Shown in pieces: positions 1-8,200 of a stretch of DNA of 64,000 bases (the stretch's first letter is position 1; every line of letters starts with the position of its first letter). A program made the position numbers and the translations under genes. The stretch is from positions 124,001-188,000 of the IMG/VR virus record IMGVR_UViG_3300034117_002447. One strand, written 5' to 3'. Under the pieces are notes generated by a model. It did not search any database. It saw nothing but the letters and a program-made list of their open reading frames with translations, and was not told the origin of the DNA.

Positions 1-206
1 TTCTCGAACTCTTCGTTCTTCTCAAAATGTTTTATCATAGTCCATATTGCTTGAGTCTTATCTTCAACTGGACTCTTATCATGTATTACATCTTTAAATT
101 CTCCAGTCAAGGCTTCGTACAAGCGATTCATAAAGGCCGAGTAATCCGTCTGTCTTAGATGGATGAGGTCCAATAGAATCTTTGTATAATTATTTAAGTC
201 TGACAT
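1..206 (-). CDS. Small hypothetical protein with UVR-like EE[FY]EK(C) motif (runs off window start)
   Basis: Manual translation from ATG at 206: MSDLNNYTKILLDLIHL...KHFEKNEEFEK, no stop before position 1; preceded by a TAGTATAAT box at 236-244. Confidence 0.7.
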   Translation of the reverse strand, partial: MSDLNNYTKILLDLIHLRQTDYSAFMNRLYEALTGEFKDVIHDKSPVEDKTQAIWTMIKHFEKNEEFE

Positions 207-295
207 AACCTTTTTATTTATTTTGGCTATATCTATTATACTAAAAAAGGGGTCAAAGATTCTCGCCTTGACCCCTTTAGTTAAAAGATGGATTA

Positions 296-556
296 TTATT
301 GTTCAGTTAAACACTCTTTGCATAGACTCGAGAACTCGTTAATACTCTGTGTAAAGTACGGTCCGTCGAATCCGTTTCGCTTGGCAATGATTGCGTTCCA
401 AAGCGGTTCGGATTCCGTATGGTAATTGACATCTTCAAAAGAATCGTGCAATTTTTCCAAGTCTTCTAGAGAAGTATCCACTGTTACTTCCGAGCCAGCC
501 TTTAGCATTCCGTCGTAGTCGAAGTTGTGCGACCATTTGTTTCCTAATTTATACAT
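296..556 (-). CDS. Hypothetical protein
   Basis: 86-aa ORF co-oriented with neighbours, followed by a hairpin at about 247-275. Confidence 0.65.
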   Translation of the reverse strand: MYKLGNKWSHNFDYDGMLKAGSEVTVDTSLEDLEKLHDSFEDVNYHTESEPLWNAIIAKRNGFDGPYFTQSINEFSSLCKECLTEQ

Positions 557-574
557 GGTTTTAGATTTTAAATA

Positions 575-790
575 TTAGTTACTGTTTTTCTTGGCATTTT
601 CCAGACAGGCTTGGAACTCTTCTTCGGTTAAGAAGTCTGAATCTTCTATAACCAGCTTCTTTAAGGTTGCTGCCTGGATCTCTTTTACTAGGGAGTCCTT
701 ATCTACCTTACCTTTAAATAGATCTCCTTCTGCAAAGAGTATATCTACCGCCATCTCGGCCATGGTACTTGCGTGTTCCATTGTTAGCAT
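575..790 (-). CDS. Hypothetical protein
   Basis: 71-aa acidic ORF; start overlaps the end of the sigma gene. Confidence 0.6.
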   Translation of the reverse strand: MLTMEHASTMAEMAVDILFAEGDLFKGKVDKDSLVKEIQAATLKKLVIEDSDFLTEEEFQACLENAKKNSN

Positions 791-1512
791 GATACTACCT
801 CCTTTCTCATTTGCGCTCTAGCAACTTTAAGAGAACGATTTACTTCTGATGGAGTCTTACCAATTAACTCTGCAATTTCTTTTGTTGATAATCCATCGCC
901 AACCAATCCATAAAATAACTCTACGATTTGGCGATCGCTTGCTTTTAATTTGCCAAGTAATCGGGCAAGAATCATGTCTCTCTCTTGGTTCTCGAATGGA
1001 TCAGCGAAATCGGTCTTAAGAATCAAGTCGCCGATTGTTGTTGCACTGTCCTCGTCCCCGACTGGTTTGTCAATCGCAACGTTAGTAAGATTGATTTCTT
1101 CGCCTTTCATTTTACGTTTGTAAAGATCGTATTCCTGATTTACTGGAATTCTAACGGTTCTTCCCAAGTCGCAAAGAGCAAGGTTAAGACGCTTGCGAAT
1201 CCAGAACTGAGCGTAAGTAATAAACTTAACATCTTTGTCTGACGTAAACTTGCGAGCGGCTTCGATTAGACCAGCGTTTCCTTCTTGGATGAGGTCATCG
1301 ATTGGCAGACCCATACCAATAAACTTGTTGGCTAAGGTTACAACGAACTTAAGGTTCGCGGTGACTAGGGAGTTAAGCGCTTCGTCATCTCCTAACTGGA
1401 TTCTGTCAGCTAACGCTCCTTCTTCGCATTTACTTAACGGTCTAGCCAATCCGTCCAGGCTTTTAAAGTATTGGGGTAGTCCCGCACTTGTTTCGAATCT
1501 TGTATTTTTCAT
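784..1512 (-). CDS. RNA polymerase sigma-70 family factor (RpoD/RpoH-like, no region 1.1)
   Basis: ANLKFVVTLANKF, DDLIQEGNAGLIEAARKF, KFITYAQFWIR, RTVRIP, region 4 HTH LSTKEIAELIG; start moved to ATG 1512 downstream of early promoter. Confidence 0.92.
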   Translation of the reverse strand: MKNTRFETSAGLPQYFKSLDGLARPLSKCEEGALADRIQLGDDEALNSLVTANLKFVVTLANKFIGMGLPIDDLIQEGNAGLIEAARKFTSDKDVKFITYAQFWIRKRLNLALCDLGRTVRIPVNQEYDLYKRKMKGEEINLTNVAIDKPVGDEDSATTIGDLILKTDFADPFENQERDMILARLLGKLKASDRQIVELFYGLVGDGLSTKEIAELIGKTPSEVNRSLKVARAQMRKEVVSC

Positions 1513-1612
1513 GGTTTGATTTTTTAATTGATTAATATGATACAAATATAAAAAGAATAATTGATATAAAAAAATATTTTATGACTTATTTTTAAAAAGT
1601 TTTACTAGGGAG

Positions 1613-2053
1613 TTAAGCAGCTACTTCCTCTTGGCTGTTTCGGACGAACGCTTTGTCTGCCCAAGTCTTAGCGTTACACAGTCTGTAATTAGTTTGACTG
1701 TATAGATTACTATTAGACCAGTCCTGATTGATATCGCCTACCTCCATTTCAAGAAACATTGCAGTATCCATTAGGATTATCGTGTTACCTTTGCGGGCGA
1801 AGACAGTTAACCATGTATTAAAGCCTTCCGCTCTGAACTCGATGGTTTGTAAAGCTCCCTTCTTGAATCCGCGGAAAACATCCATTGCTGTCTTCCAGCT
1901 TGCGCCGCTAGACCATTTAGACTGGATTCCATGGTCGTTTACTACCGTCATGAATCCGGCCTGAACTTTAACGATTGCGCGGTATTCGCCTGCTTGACCT
2001 GTTATAAAGTCTACTTGGCCGATTCTTTCTGAGTTAATGATTTGATTTTTCAT
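1613..2053 (-). CDS. Hypothetical early protein
   Basis: 146-aa ORF downstream of promoter 2085. Confidence 0.8.
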   Translation of the reverse strand: MKNQIINSERIGQVDFITGQAGEYRAIVKVQAGFMTVVNDHGIQSKWSSGASWKTAMDVFRGFKKGALQTIEFRAEGFNTWLTVFARKGNTIILMDTAMFLEMEVGDINQDWSNSNLYSQTNYRLCNAKTWADKAFVRNSQEEVAA

Positions 2054-2148
2054 GTTGGTTTGATTTAAGAGTTAATTGATATAGCAAATATAAAAAGAAT
2101 AATTGACACTAAAAAATTTATTATGACTTATTTTACTAGGGAGTCCGA

Positions 2149-2630
2149 CTATGCGGTAGGCAGGAATCCGAATTGGGATAGAACTCTTAGACCCAAAAGT
2201 TCCAGGTCCGTAAGTCGATTGAAAACATTCCGGTCCAATCCAAAACCAGACTCGATACTTCCGGGTGGGTTAACTTGCGGCCGCACTTGCAACAGGCACC
2301 AGCATGCTGGATTTCTGTGTTGCGTAGGCTAGCTGGATTCGATAGCACTCTCACCAACCAGTCCGTGATTTGGATTTCTCTATCCGAAATATTCGCTGCT
2401 CGCTTGAAGCGACGAGTATCCGAGAAGAAGGCTCCAACGTAGCGGTAGCCGATTTCGCCGTCGCCCAATAGAGCAAGACTCATGAAGTAACAGTTGCTTA
2501 GCTGGCCAGTTGTACGGTCCTTGCGGCGTTTCATCTTGATTTTTATCCATTGGCCTGTAGTTGGATTAGTAATAGTCAACTGTGCTTTTCCAGCAAGGGC
2601 AGCGATAGCGAAGTGATTAGGATTTATCAT
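2149..2630 (-). pseudogene. DUF6011-like Zn-finger protein with frameshifted C-terminus
   Basis: CCKCGRKLTHPE, then the motif SIESGFG..PEC appears in other frames; one A missing at 2259-2260, TTGGA tandem duplication at 2234-2243; alternative frame stops at TAG 2149-2151. Confidence 0.6.
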
Positions 2631-2839
2631 ATTGGTAATAATTAATTGATTAAGTAAATATAACAAGAACTTTTGACAATAAAAAATTTTTGGCTAATTA
2701 TTTTCAGAAAAGTTATTAACAATCTAAAAAGTTTATTGTAGGTCGGAGTATACCCTCTGCGCTTGTTAGGCGAACCGTTTAATTATAAAGCTAATATAAG
2801 CAGAATACTTGACAGTAAAAAACTTTTTGTGAATTATTT

Positions 2840-3076
2840 TTAAACTCGTTGGATGGATGGATCGACAACTCTCCACGGTCTCGAGGGATCGATCACGGAT
2901 ATAATGTTAGGAATCAAATTATTCTCTATCCATCGGGAAAATGTTTGACCACCGAACTGCATGTCTCGATTTAAGCTCTCATGAAGCTCCATTGGAATAT
3001 CAACACTTGCGGAAATTCTACCGGTTTGAGATCGTGAATCCGTGTATTCAACTGTAAATGTTATGTTAGACGCCAT
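2840..3076 (-). CDS. Hypothetical early protein
   Basis: 78-aa ORF with ATG. Confidence 0.7.
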   Translation of the reverse strand: MASNITFTVEYTDSRSQTGRISASVDIPMELHESLNRDMQFGGQTFSRWIENNLIPNIISVIDPSRPWRVVDPSIQRV

Positions 3077-3103
3077 AGTTTCTAGATTTTAAAAGATTAA
3101 TAA

Positions 3104-3226
3104 TTATCCGCAGTATACTGATTTACCGCAGTCTCTGCATTTTACGAGCTTCATTCCTGAAGCATGACGAACCGCAACGTAGGTATTTACGTGTTGGCAA
3201 GCTGGTTTCTGTTCTTGATTTTTCAT
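3104..3226 (-). CDS. Small Cys/His Zn-ribbon-like protein (40 aa)
   Basis: MKNQEQKPACQHVN...KCRDCGKSVYCG; ATG 3226 just downstream of promoter 3231. Confidence 0.65.
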   Translation of the reverse strand: MKNQEQKPACQHVNTYVAVRHASGMKLVKCRDCGKSVYCG

Positions 3227-3535
3227 AATACAAATATAACTAAAAAAGCCGAGACTAAAAAATCCCGGCTCATTTATTTTTAAAATAATTTTAGGCTTCG
3301 TCGCCGATGAGGTCCCATGCGGTTTCGCCGGTTCCGCGGCCGTCGCAGGTAATTTCATAGTTTGGGTCCATGCCGCTCGAGAGCACGTCGTCCAGTAATT
3401 CGGAGATTGAGCGAAATTCTTTGGTGTAGTAATTACATTTTAAACTGTACATATTTTCTTGTTTTAATTGGTTAATACAAATATAACAAAAAAAGCCGAG
3501 ACTAAAAAATCTCGGCTCATTTATTTTCAAAAAAG
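3227..3535 (-). repeat. Two near-identical ~60-bp direct repeats (3227-3290, 3474-3535), each a terminator hairpin fused to an early promoter
   Basis: aatacaaatataac(t/a)aaaaaagccgagactaaaaaatc(c/t)cggctcatttatttt present twice. Confidence 0.9.
3291..3452 (-). CDS. Hypothetical early protein (53 aa)
   Basis: MYSLKCNYYTKEFRSISELLDDV...; ATG 3452 downstream of promoter 3478. Confidence 0.75.
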   Translation of the reverse strand: MYSLKCNYYTKEFRSISELLDDVLSSGMDPNYEITCDGRGTGETAWDLIGDEA

Positions 3536-3537
3536 TT

Positions 3538-3915
3538 TTATCCAAAGATAATGTCTTCGTAAAATACGGTTTGAATAATTACGTCCGCCGTTTCCGCATC
3601 GTCGTTTTCTTCAACCATTTGCAACAAGAATCTCAATGGAGTTTTATCCACTCGAGCATGGACATCAGCTAACGTAATCGTTCGCGTATATTCTCCTTCG
3701 CATTCTTCGTCTACCATAGTTAGACCTTTTCCGTCTCGTAAAATCTGTAACAAGACATCTTCGTAACAAGGAGATTCCAATTTCTTGCGCGCTTCTTCGT
3801 AATCCGCCTTCTCGAAAGTAAGATCTAATCCATAGCCTGACATATAGCCTAGCCCGTTGCAAAGAGCAGTATGAAAAAATTCTTCTGCTTCTTTTTGATT
3901 TAATTTAATTTCCAT
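3538..3915 (-). CDS. Hypothetical early protein
   Basis: MEIKLNQKEAEEFFHTALCNGLGY...ADVIIQTVFYEDIIFG; ATG 3915 downstream of promoter 3958. Confidence 0.8.
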   Translation of the reverse strand: MEIKLNQKEAEEFFHTALCNGLGYMSGYGLDLTFEKADYEEARKKLESPCYEDVLLQILRDGKGLTMVDEECEGEYTRTITLADVHARVDKTPLRFLLQMVEENDDAETADVIIQTVFYEDIIFG

Positions 3916-4020
3916 TTCTTTTTTGGTTTTAAAGTTAATTAATATTATTATACAGTACAAATATAAAAAGAATACTTGACACTAAAAAATTTATTTTTAA
4001 ATATTTTCTCTTTAACCCAC

Positions 4021-4044
4021 AAAGGAATCTTATCTTAAGATTCC
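4021..4044 (-). terminator. Intrinsic terminator after the tRNA-like RNA
   Basis: GGAATCTTA-AGA-TAAGATTCC-TTT on the minus strand. Confidence 0.65.
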
Positions 4045-4079
4045 AATGAGGTATCAATCAACCAAACCAATAGTTGTTG

Positions 4080-4187
4080 TGGAGAGATCCGGATTCGAAC
4101 CGGATGGACGAACTCAAGCAACTGTTTGACGTACAGCGTTTCGTCCTCACTTTTGTCAAATACCTCGTTCCAACGAGGATTCTCTCC
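4080..4187 (-). ncRNA. Atypical tRNA-like RNA (108 nt) with a 57-nt non-canonical centre; no encoded CCA
   Basis: Acceptor GGAGAGA/TCTCTCC + A73; D-arm CCTC-GTTGGAAC-GAGG; T-arm TCCGG-TTCGAAT-CCGGA; no canonical YU-NNN-R anticodon loop. Confidence 0.75.
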
Positions 4188-4192
4188 TTGTC

Positions 4193-4471
4193 TTAGTTAA
4201 GACTTATTCCAAGACCAGCAAGCATTGAGCTTAACGAGTCTTCTTCTTTCTTCTGCACCGGCTCGTTTGCTCGAGCAGAATATTCTTTAATCATAGATTC
4301 CAAAAGCTGAATTCCTTCTTCCGTTTCTACTGCACCAATTGCTGCGAGTAGAGTCTTGCCGATTACCAATAATTCAGGTTCTTGTTTTTTTAGACCGCCG
4401 ATAATCAAGCTCTGTGCTAGATCGGTTAAATCCAATAAGATCTTTGTTTTATCTGAGCTTATATTTTGCAT
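4193..4471 (-). CDS. Hypothetical protein
   Basis: 92-aa ORF; TAGTATAAT box at 4504-4512. Confidence 0.75.
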   Translation of the reverse strand: MQNISSDKTKILLDLTDLAQSLIIGGLKKQEPELLVIGKTLLAAIGAVETEEGIQLLESMIKEYSARANEPVQKKEEDSLSSMLAGLGISLN

Positions 4472-4562
4472 GGTCTGTTTCTCCTTCCGTTTGTTATATA
4501 ATTATTATACTAAAAAGCCGGACCCATTGGACCCGGCTTCTAGAGAAAGAGATTCGGATAGC

Positions 4563-4733
4563 TTAGTATCCGTTTAATCTTTTGTTTTCCGCATAGACGC
4601 TGGTCCAAAACTCGTTGAATCCTAATTTCTCGTCCGGCTCGACTGTGCGCGCAACGCGTAGAGTTCCGTACGTTAAATCAATTGTTTCTCCTTGTGGTTC
4701 TCCAAAGAATAATTTAGCTAAGAATTTTTGCAT
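4563..4733 (-). CDS. Hypothetical early protein (56 aa, not in ORF track)
   Basis: MQKFLAKLFFGEPQGETIDLTYGTL...RLNGY*; downstream of promoter 4760. Confidence 0.7.
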   Translation of the reverse strand: MQKFLAKLFFGEPQGETIDLTYGTLRVARTVEPDEKLGFNEFWTSVYAENKRLNGY

Positions 4734-4817
4734 GGTTTCTGGTTTTAGTTGTTATAATACAAATATAATAATAATCTTTGATACTAGAAAATATTTTATC
4801 CTAGAGTTATTAACAAT

Positions 4818-5765
4818 TTACCAACCGCTGCCAAACGGGGTATATGCAATGGCTGACTCTCGGAAATTAGGATTAAAATATCTTAACTTATCTTTTTGAT
4901 TCTTCTTTAATAATTTAAAAGATAATTTAATCCGTTGTCTAACCGTCTCGACACTGCAATCGAATTCTTCCGCTATTGTCTTTATTGGAGTCGGTTGGTA
5001 TCCATCGAGACCGTAATGCTTTACTATAAACAAGCGATTATCTCCTTTCAAGGTTTTGAGCATTGCTTCAACCACAGACTCTTTCTCGAGACCAAGCAGA
5101 TCTGAATCAGTTGATATACTTGAAGCAAGGCTGTCTATAAATTCTTCGTTCGAGTCCGGGTCTATCTTTTGATTAAGACTCTTTTCCCAACTTGTTGCGG
5201 TTAAGACCTCAGCTATTCTAGACGCAGTTACCTTGGTATCTGACATTGCTGGATCCGCCGCTACGATATCTGCTATTTCTTCAAACGTTGCGCTACGCTC
5301 GGTCTTGTGCTCAACCTGCTCCGCCGCTTTTAGAGCCCGAGTTACAATTAGTTGGGCAGAGTTTGGAACACGAACCGTCTTGACATTATGTTGAAGACAA
5401 TCTAGTATTGCTTGTTTAATCCAAAAAACCGCGTATGATATAAACTTAAACCCACGGTCCGGCTCGAACCTGTGAACCGCCTTGACCAGACCAAGATTAC
5501 CTTCAGAAACCAGATCTTCCAGTGTTAGGCTGGTCTTGTTGACTAGGCTTGAATACTGTTTGGCAACCGTAATTACAAAAAGCAGATTCGCTTTTATAAT
5601 CCGCTGTTCCGCGGTCGGGTCTCCAGCTTTAAACCGCCTAAACAATGCTATCTCTTCCTCGCTCGAGAGAACCGGAGTCCGGCGGATTTCCTGCAAATAC
5701 CGGTTAAAGCTTTCGCGGTTATCAGCAACTGTTCTAACTATATTCTTTGAATCTATCTTCTTCAT
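4818..5765 (-). CDS. RNA polymerase sigma factor, Bacteroidetes RpoD-like
   Basis: YLQEIRRTPVLSSEEE, KANLLFVITVAKQY, DLVSEGNLGLVKAVHRFEPDRGFKFISYAVFWIKQAI, region 4 IAEEFDCSVETVRQ. Confidence 0.95.
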   Translation of the reverse strand: MKKIDSKNIVRTVADNRESFNRYLQEIRRTPVLSSEEEIALFRRFKAGDPTAEQRIIKANLLFVITVAKQYSSLVNKTSLTLEDLVSEGNLGLVKAVHRFEPDRGFKFISYAVFWIKQAILDCLQHNVKTVRVPNSAQLIVTRALKAAEQVEHKTERSATFEEIADIVAADPAMSDTKVTASRIAEVLTATSWEKSLNQKIDPDSNEEFIDSLASSISTDSDLLGLEKESVVEAMLKTLKGDNRLFIVKHYGLDGYQPTPIKTIAEEFDCSVETVRQRIKLSFKLLKKNQKDKLRYFNPNFRESAIAYTPFGSGW

Positions 5766-5833
5766 AAAGTATATCTTACCAAAAAAAGAAAGGGCCGATC
5801 TCTCGGCCCAGTACATCAGTTCTTCAGTAATGG

Positions 5834-6010
5834 TTAATCTTCTTCGAATCCAGTAAATGGAAGTAACTCTAACTCTGCTGCTACTAACGTGGCTCTTGCT
5901 TCTGAACCGGTTAGGTAATCGTTAATAATGAAATCGAGTATCGCTGATTCTTGAATTCCTTGTGCTCTAAGATTTTCAAGGCTGGCTACTGCTTTTTGTC
6001 TGTCTGTCAT
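5834..6010 (-). CDS. Hypothetical protein (58 aa, not in ORF track)
   Basis: MTDRQKAVASLENLRAQGI...FTGFEED*. Confidence 0.65.
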   Translation of the reverse strand: MTDRQKAVASLENLRAQGIQESAILDFIINDYLTGSEARATLVAAELELLPFTGFEED

Positions 6011-6028
6011 GTCGCTAGATTTTACGGG

Positions 6029-6169
6029 TTAAAATTCAAAACTTGCAGTTCCGTGTACGTTTCCAGTTAAGACATTAAATGCTGCGTATCCAATTCCTAC
6101 TACGACCATTGCCATTAGCGTGAACGCCCATACCATCATAACTCCTTCTAAGATAATTCCCTTTTTCAT
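6029..6169 (-). CDS. Small membrane protein (46 aa, not in ORF track)
   Basis: MKKGIILEGVMMVWAFTLMAMVVVGIGYAAFNVL...; downstream of promoter 6204. Confidence 0.65.
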   Translation of the reverse strand: MKKGIILEGVMMVWAFTLMAMVVVGIGYAAFNVLTGNVHGTASFEF

Positions 6170-6270
6170 AATGTTTTGTTTTTAATTGGTTTGATTTATA
6201 AAGTAAATATAACAAGAACTTTTGAGACTAAAAAACTTTTTGTGATTTATTTTTCAGAAGTTATTAACAA

Positions 6271-6498
6271 TTACCAAGAGTCTTCTTCATCTTCATCATG
6301 GTCCGAAAGGGATACATCCCAATCTCCGTATCTGTCTCTAAACGCAATACCTCCGTGGATCTTCGGACCCACCTCGCCTATCCAATCTTGAATACTTAGG
6401 TTATCTTCATTGTGGTTTTTTAGATTCCACTGGGCTAGATCCTGTCTTACAAGTCTCCACCAGTCCTGCTTGTCTTTTGCGATTACTTCATTGCCCAT
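6271..6498 (-). CDS. Hypothetical early protein, acidic C-terminus
   Basis: 75-aa ORF downstream of promoter 6526. Confidence 0.75.
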   Translation of the reverse strand: MGNEVIAKDKQDWWRLVRQDLAQWNLKNHNEDNLSIQDWIGEVGPKIHGGIAFRDRYGDWDVSLSDHDEDEEDSW

Positions 6499-6657
6499 AG
6501 TACTGTAGTTTAATTGGTTATACTGTAAATATAATACTAATCTTTGAGACCCAAAAACTTTTTGTGAATTATTTTCAGTAGAGTTATTAACCGGTAATAT
6601 ATAAAAGTATAACCGTTGTTGAAACGTCTAGCTCAAATTTAAAAAATAATAAAAACA

Positions 6658-7269
6658 ATGAGTATAGACAAAAAGACCCAAAGATTACAAGAGTTAACTA
6701 GCATCGCGCCAACCGTCTCAATCAGACTAGACATGGAATGGTTAGCCTCAACTGAAAACACGGCAGACTTCCTGATTAGATTAACAAATACCAATACGAC
6801 AACCGTTAAATTTAACGCGTTGATTATTCGAGGAGTTCATTCCCCAAAGATAACAACTGGAACTATAACATGGAAAGCACTGAATAATAATATTGACCGG
6901 TCCTGGTTGGGCTGGCCTAGAGTAACTGCTAACTTGCCCTATATTTCAGGCCAGCGAAAGTTAAATTTCTCTTCCGCAACTAATATCTTTACCAACGAGA
7001 CCGCGCCCACCATACCGGCTGGAGCTGGAGTAGAGGTTGGAATTTTTAGGATTTCAACCTCAACCGCATGGAACCCAAACTCTAATTTTGGTTTTACTTG
7101 GGAAATGACTACCGGCGGAGTGATTGCTTATCTGGTTCCGGCCAAGCCGTCTTCGACTTCAGCGCTAGCGATTGGCATTATGCACTACGGTCCAATAACA
7201 TCTAATACATTGGGTAAATGCTTAACTGTGCAGGCTTCAAGCGAGCAGACCCTAAATAAAAAACCCTGA
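6658..7269 (+). CDS. T/N/S-rich predicted beta-sandwich protein
   Basis: 203-aa ORF, the only credible plus-strand gene in the early region; A-rich leader; hairpin 7260-7290 after the stop. Confidence 0.7.
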   Translation: MSIDKKTQRLQELTSIAPTVSIRLDMEWLASTENTADFLIRLTNTNTTTVKFNALIIRGVHSPKITTGTITWKALNNNIDRSWLGWPRVTANLPYISGQRKLNFSSATNIFTNETAPTIPAGAGVEVGIFRISTSTAWNPNSNFGFTWEMTTGGVIAYLVPAKPSSTSALAIGIMHYGPITSNTLGKCLTVQASSEQTLNKKP

Positions 7270-7313
7270 ATCTAAAAAATCCAGGGTCTATTATTTTTTA
7301 AAAAGATTTACTC

Positions 7314-7532
7314 TTATTTCTTAGACTCTAACTTGGTCTTTGGAAAAATAAGATGGGCAAGGAATACTAGACCCCAAGCCTGCACTGCGCTAATTGGTTT
7401 AGCACCAAAAATTTCGGGTACCAACCAGTTCCACAACCATTTTACTGGAAAAGCAACAACGATAGAAGCCAGCAAGCCAATCGCTAGAGCTCCAAGTATA
7501 GTTGCAATCTGTTCTGTTCTTTTTGAATTCAT
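7314..7532 (-). CDS. Small two-TM membrane protein
   Basis: Hydrophobic ILGALAIGLLASIVVAFPVKWLWNWL and AWGLVFLAHLIF. Confidence 0.7.
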   Translation of the reverse strand: MNSKRTEQIATILGALAIGLLASIVVAFPVKWLWNWLVPEIFGAKPISAVQAWGLVFLAHLIFPKTKLESKK

Positions 7533-7569
7533 AATCCTATGGGTTATTTTTGTTTAATAATATTATATC

Positions 7570-7767
7570 TTACTCTCTCCATAGCCAAGGTTCCCTGGCT
7601 CTAGAGCGTAACAGCTCTTTGCAACGTCTATGCAGAAGTCCGCGTTCTACATTTATCTTCTTGTCCAGGAGTCTGGCCTGTATTCCGGTCCAGTCAATTA
7701 GACCCGGCCCGTTAAGCTCGAGAATTATCTCTTGGTCTATAACATCCGGTCGGTTAGCATTGTACAT
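7570..7767 (-). CDS. Hypothetical protein
   Basis: 65-aa ORF overlapping upstream gene end. Confidence 0.5.
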   Translation of the reverse strand: MYNANRPDVIDQEIILELNGPGLIDWTGIQARLLDKKINVERGLLHRRCKELLRSRAREPWLWRE

Positions 7768-8065
7768 ATTCAGATTCGGTTTTTTTAGGTTCTATTCCAA
7801 GCTCTACCAGCCTGGCCGTTATTTCATGCGCCCATTCAAACTCCTCTAAGCCTATTGCCTCGGTTCTTGCGAGGACCAGGGCTTCCACGATTCTGGACTC
7901 TAAATACTCTTCTAACTCCTCGGACCAAGGATCGTCCTGGGCGATTGACGCCCGGACCTCTGCTTCCAATCCGCGTATTGCCCATTGGATACGGTGCCAG
8001 TCCCGGCCGCTGCGGTCTAGAATTCTTAGGAATTCCGCAACTAAATACTCTGTAACTTGACTCAT
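7754..8065 (-). CDS. Hypothetical protein
   Basis: MSQVTEYLVAEFLRIL...; amphipathic helical; GTGTATAAG box upstream. Confidence 0.6.
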   Translation of the reverse strand: MSQVTEYLVAEFLRILDRSGRDWHRIQWAIRGLEAEVRASIAQDDPWSEELEEYLESRIVEALVLARTEAIGLEEFEWAHEITARLVELGIEPKKTESEYVQC

Positions 8066-8141
8066 CTCTAATCTGTAATTATATTTCTTATACACAGCGG
8101 TAGACCAAAGTTCTAAGCTCTAGAGCAGAAAGACGGGTAGT

Positions 8142-8200
8142 TGCTAATTTTCGGCGGGGCTTAACAACTTTCGGCGGGGTCTAACAACTTTTGGCCGGGC
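8142..8200. repeat. Three imperfect tandem 20-bp repeats (taacaactttcggcgggg-like)
   Basis: gctaattttcggcggggc / ttaacaactttcggcggggt / ctaacaacttttggccgggc. Confidence 0.8.

Larger units (their letters stand above)
1543..6557 (-). promoter_or_regulatory. Ten copies of an early (host-sigma type) promoter: TTTTT(A/G)nn(G/C/A)TCAA-N10-TATATTT(G/A)
   Basis: CAAATATA/TAAATATA/CTAATATA on + at 1543, 2085, 2655, 2791, 3231, 3478, 3958, 4760, 6204, 6526, each with a 10-nt spacer to a (TT/CC)GAnnnTAAAAA-like box; matches the Bacteroidetes -7 consensus TAnnTTTG. Confidence 0.85.

Noticed and set aside
2735-2812. Twister ribozyme (GCCTAAC, CAAGC, GAGGG words; AGTAT/ATACT and TCTGC/GCAGA pairings)
   Set aside because: The required UAA between P1 and P2 and the P4 element are not in the right order, and half the pairing lies within the promoter
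4128-4152. Hammerhead ribozyme (GTGAGGACGAAAC matches part of known hammerheads)
   Set aside because: The CTGATGA core and stem I/III partners are missing; the sequence is better explained inside the tRNA-like fold
4080-4187. Canonical tRNA-Asp(GTC), tRNA-Ser or tRNA-Sec call
   Set aside because: No YU-anticodon-purine loop at the right position, 57-nt centre, 7-bp acceptor and no TCA anticodon
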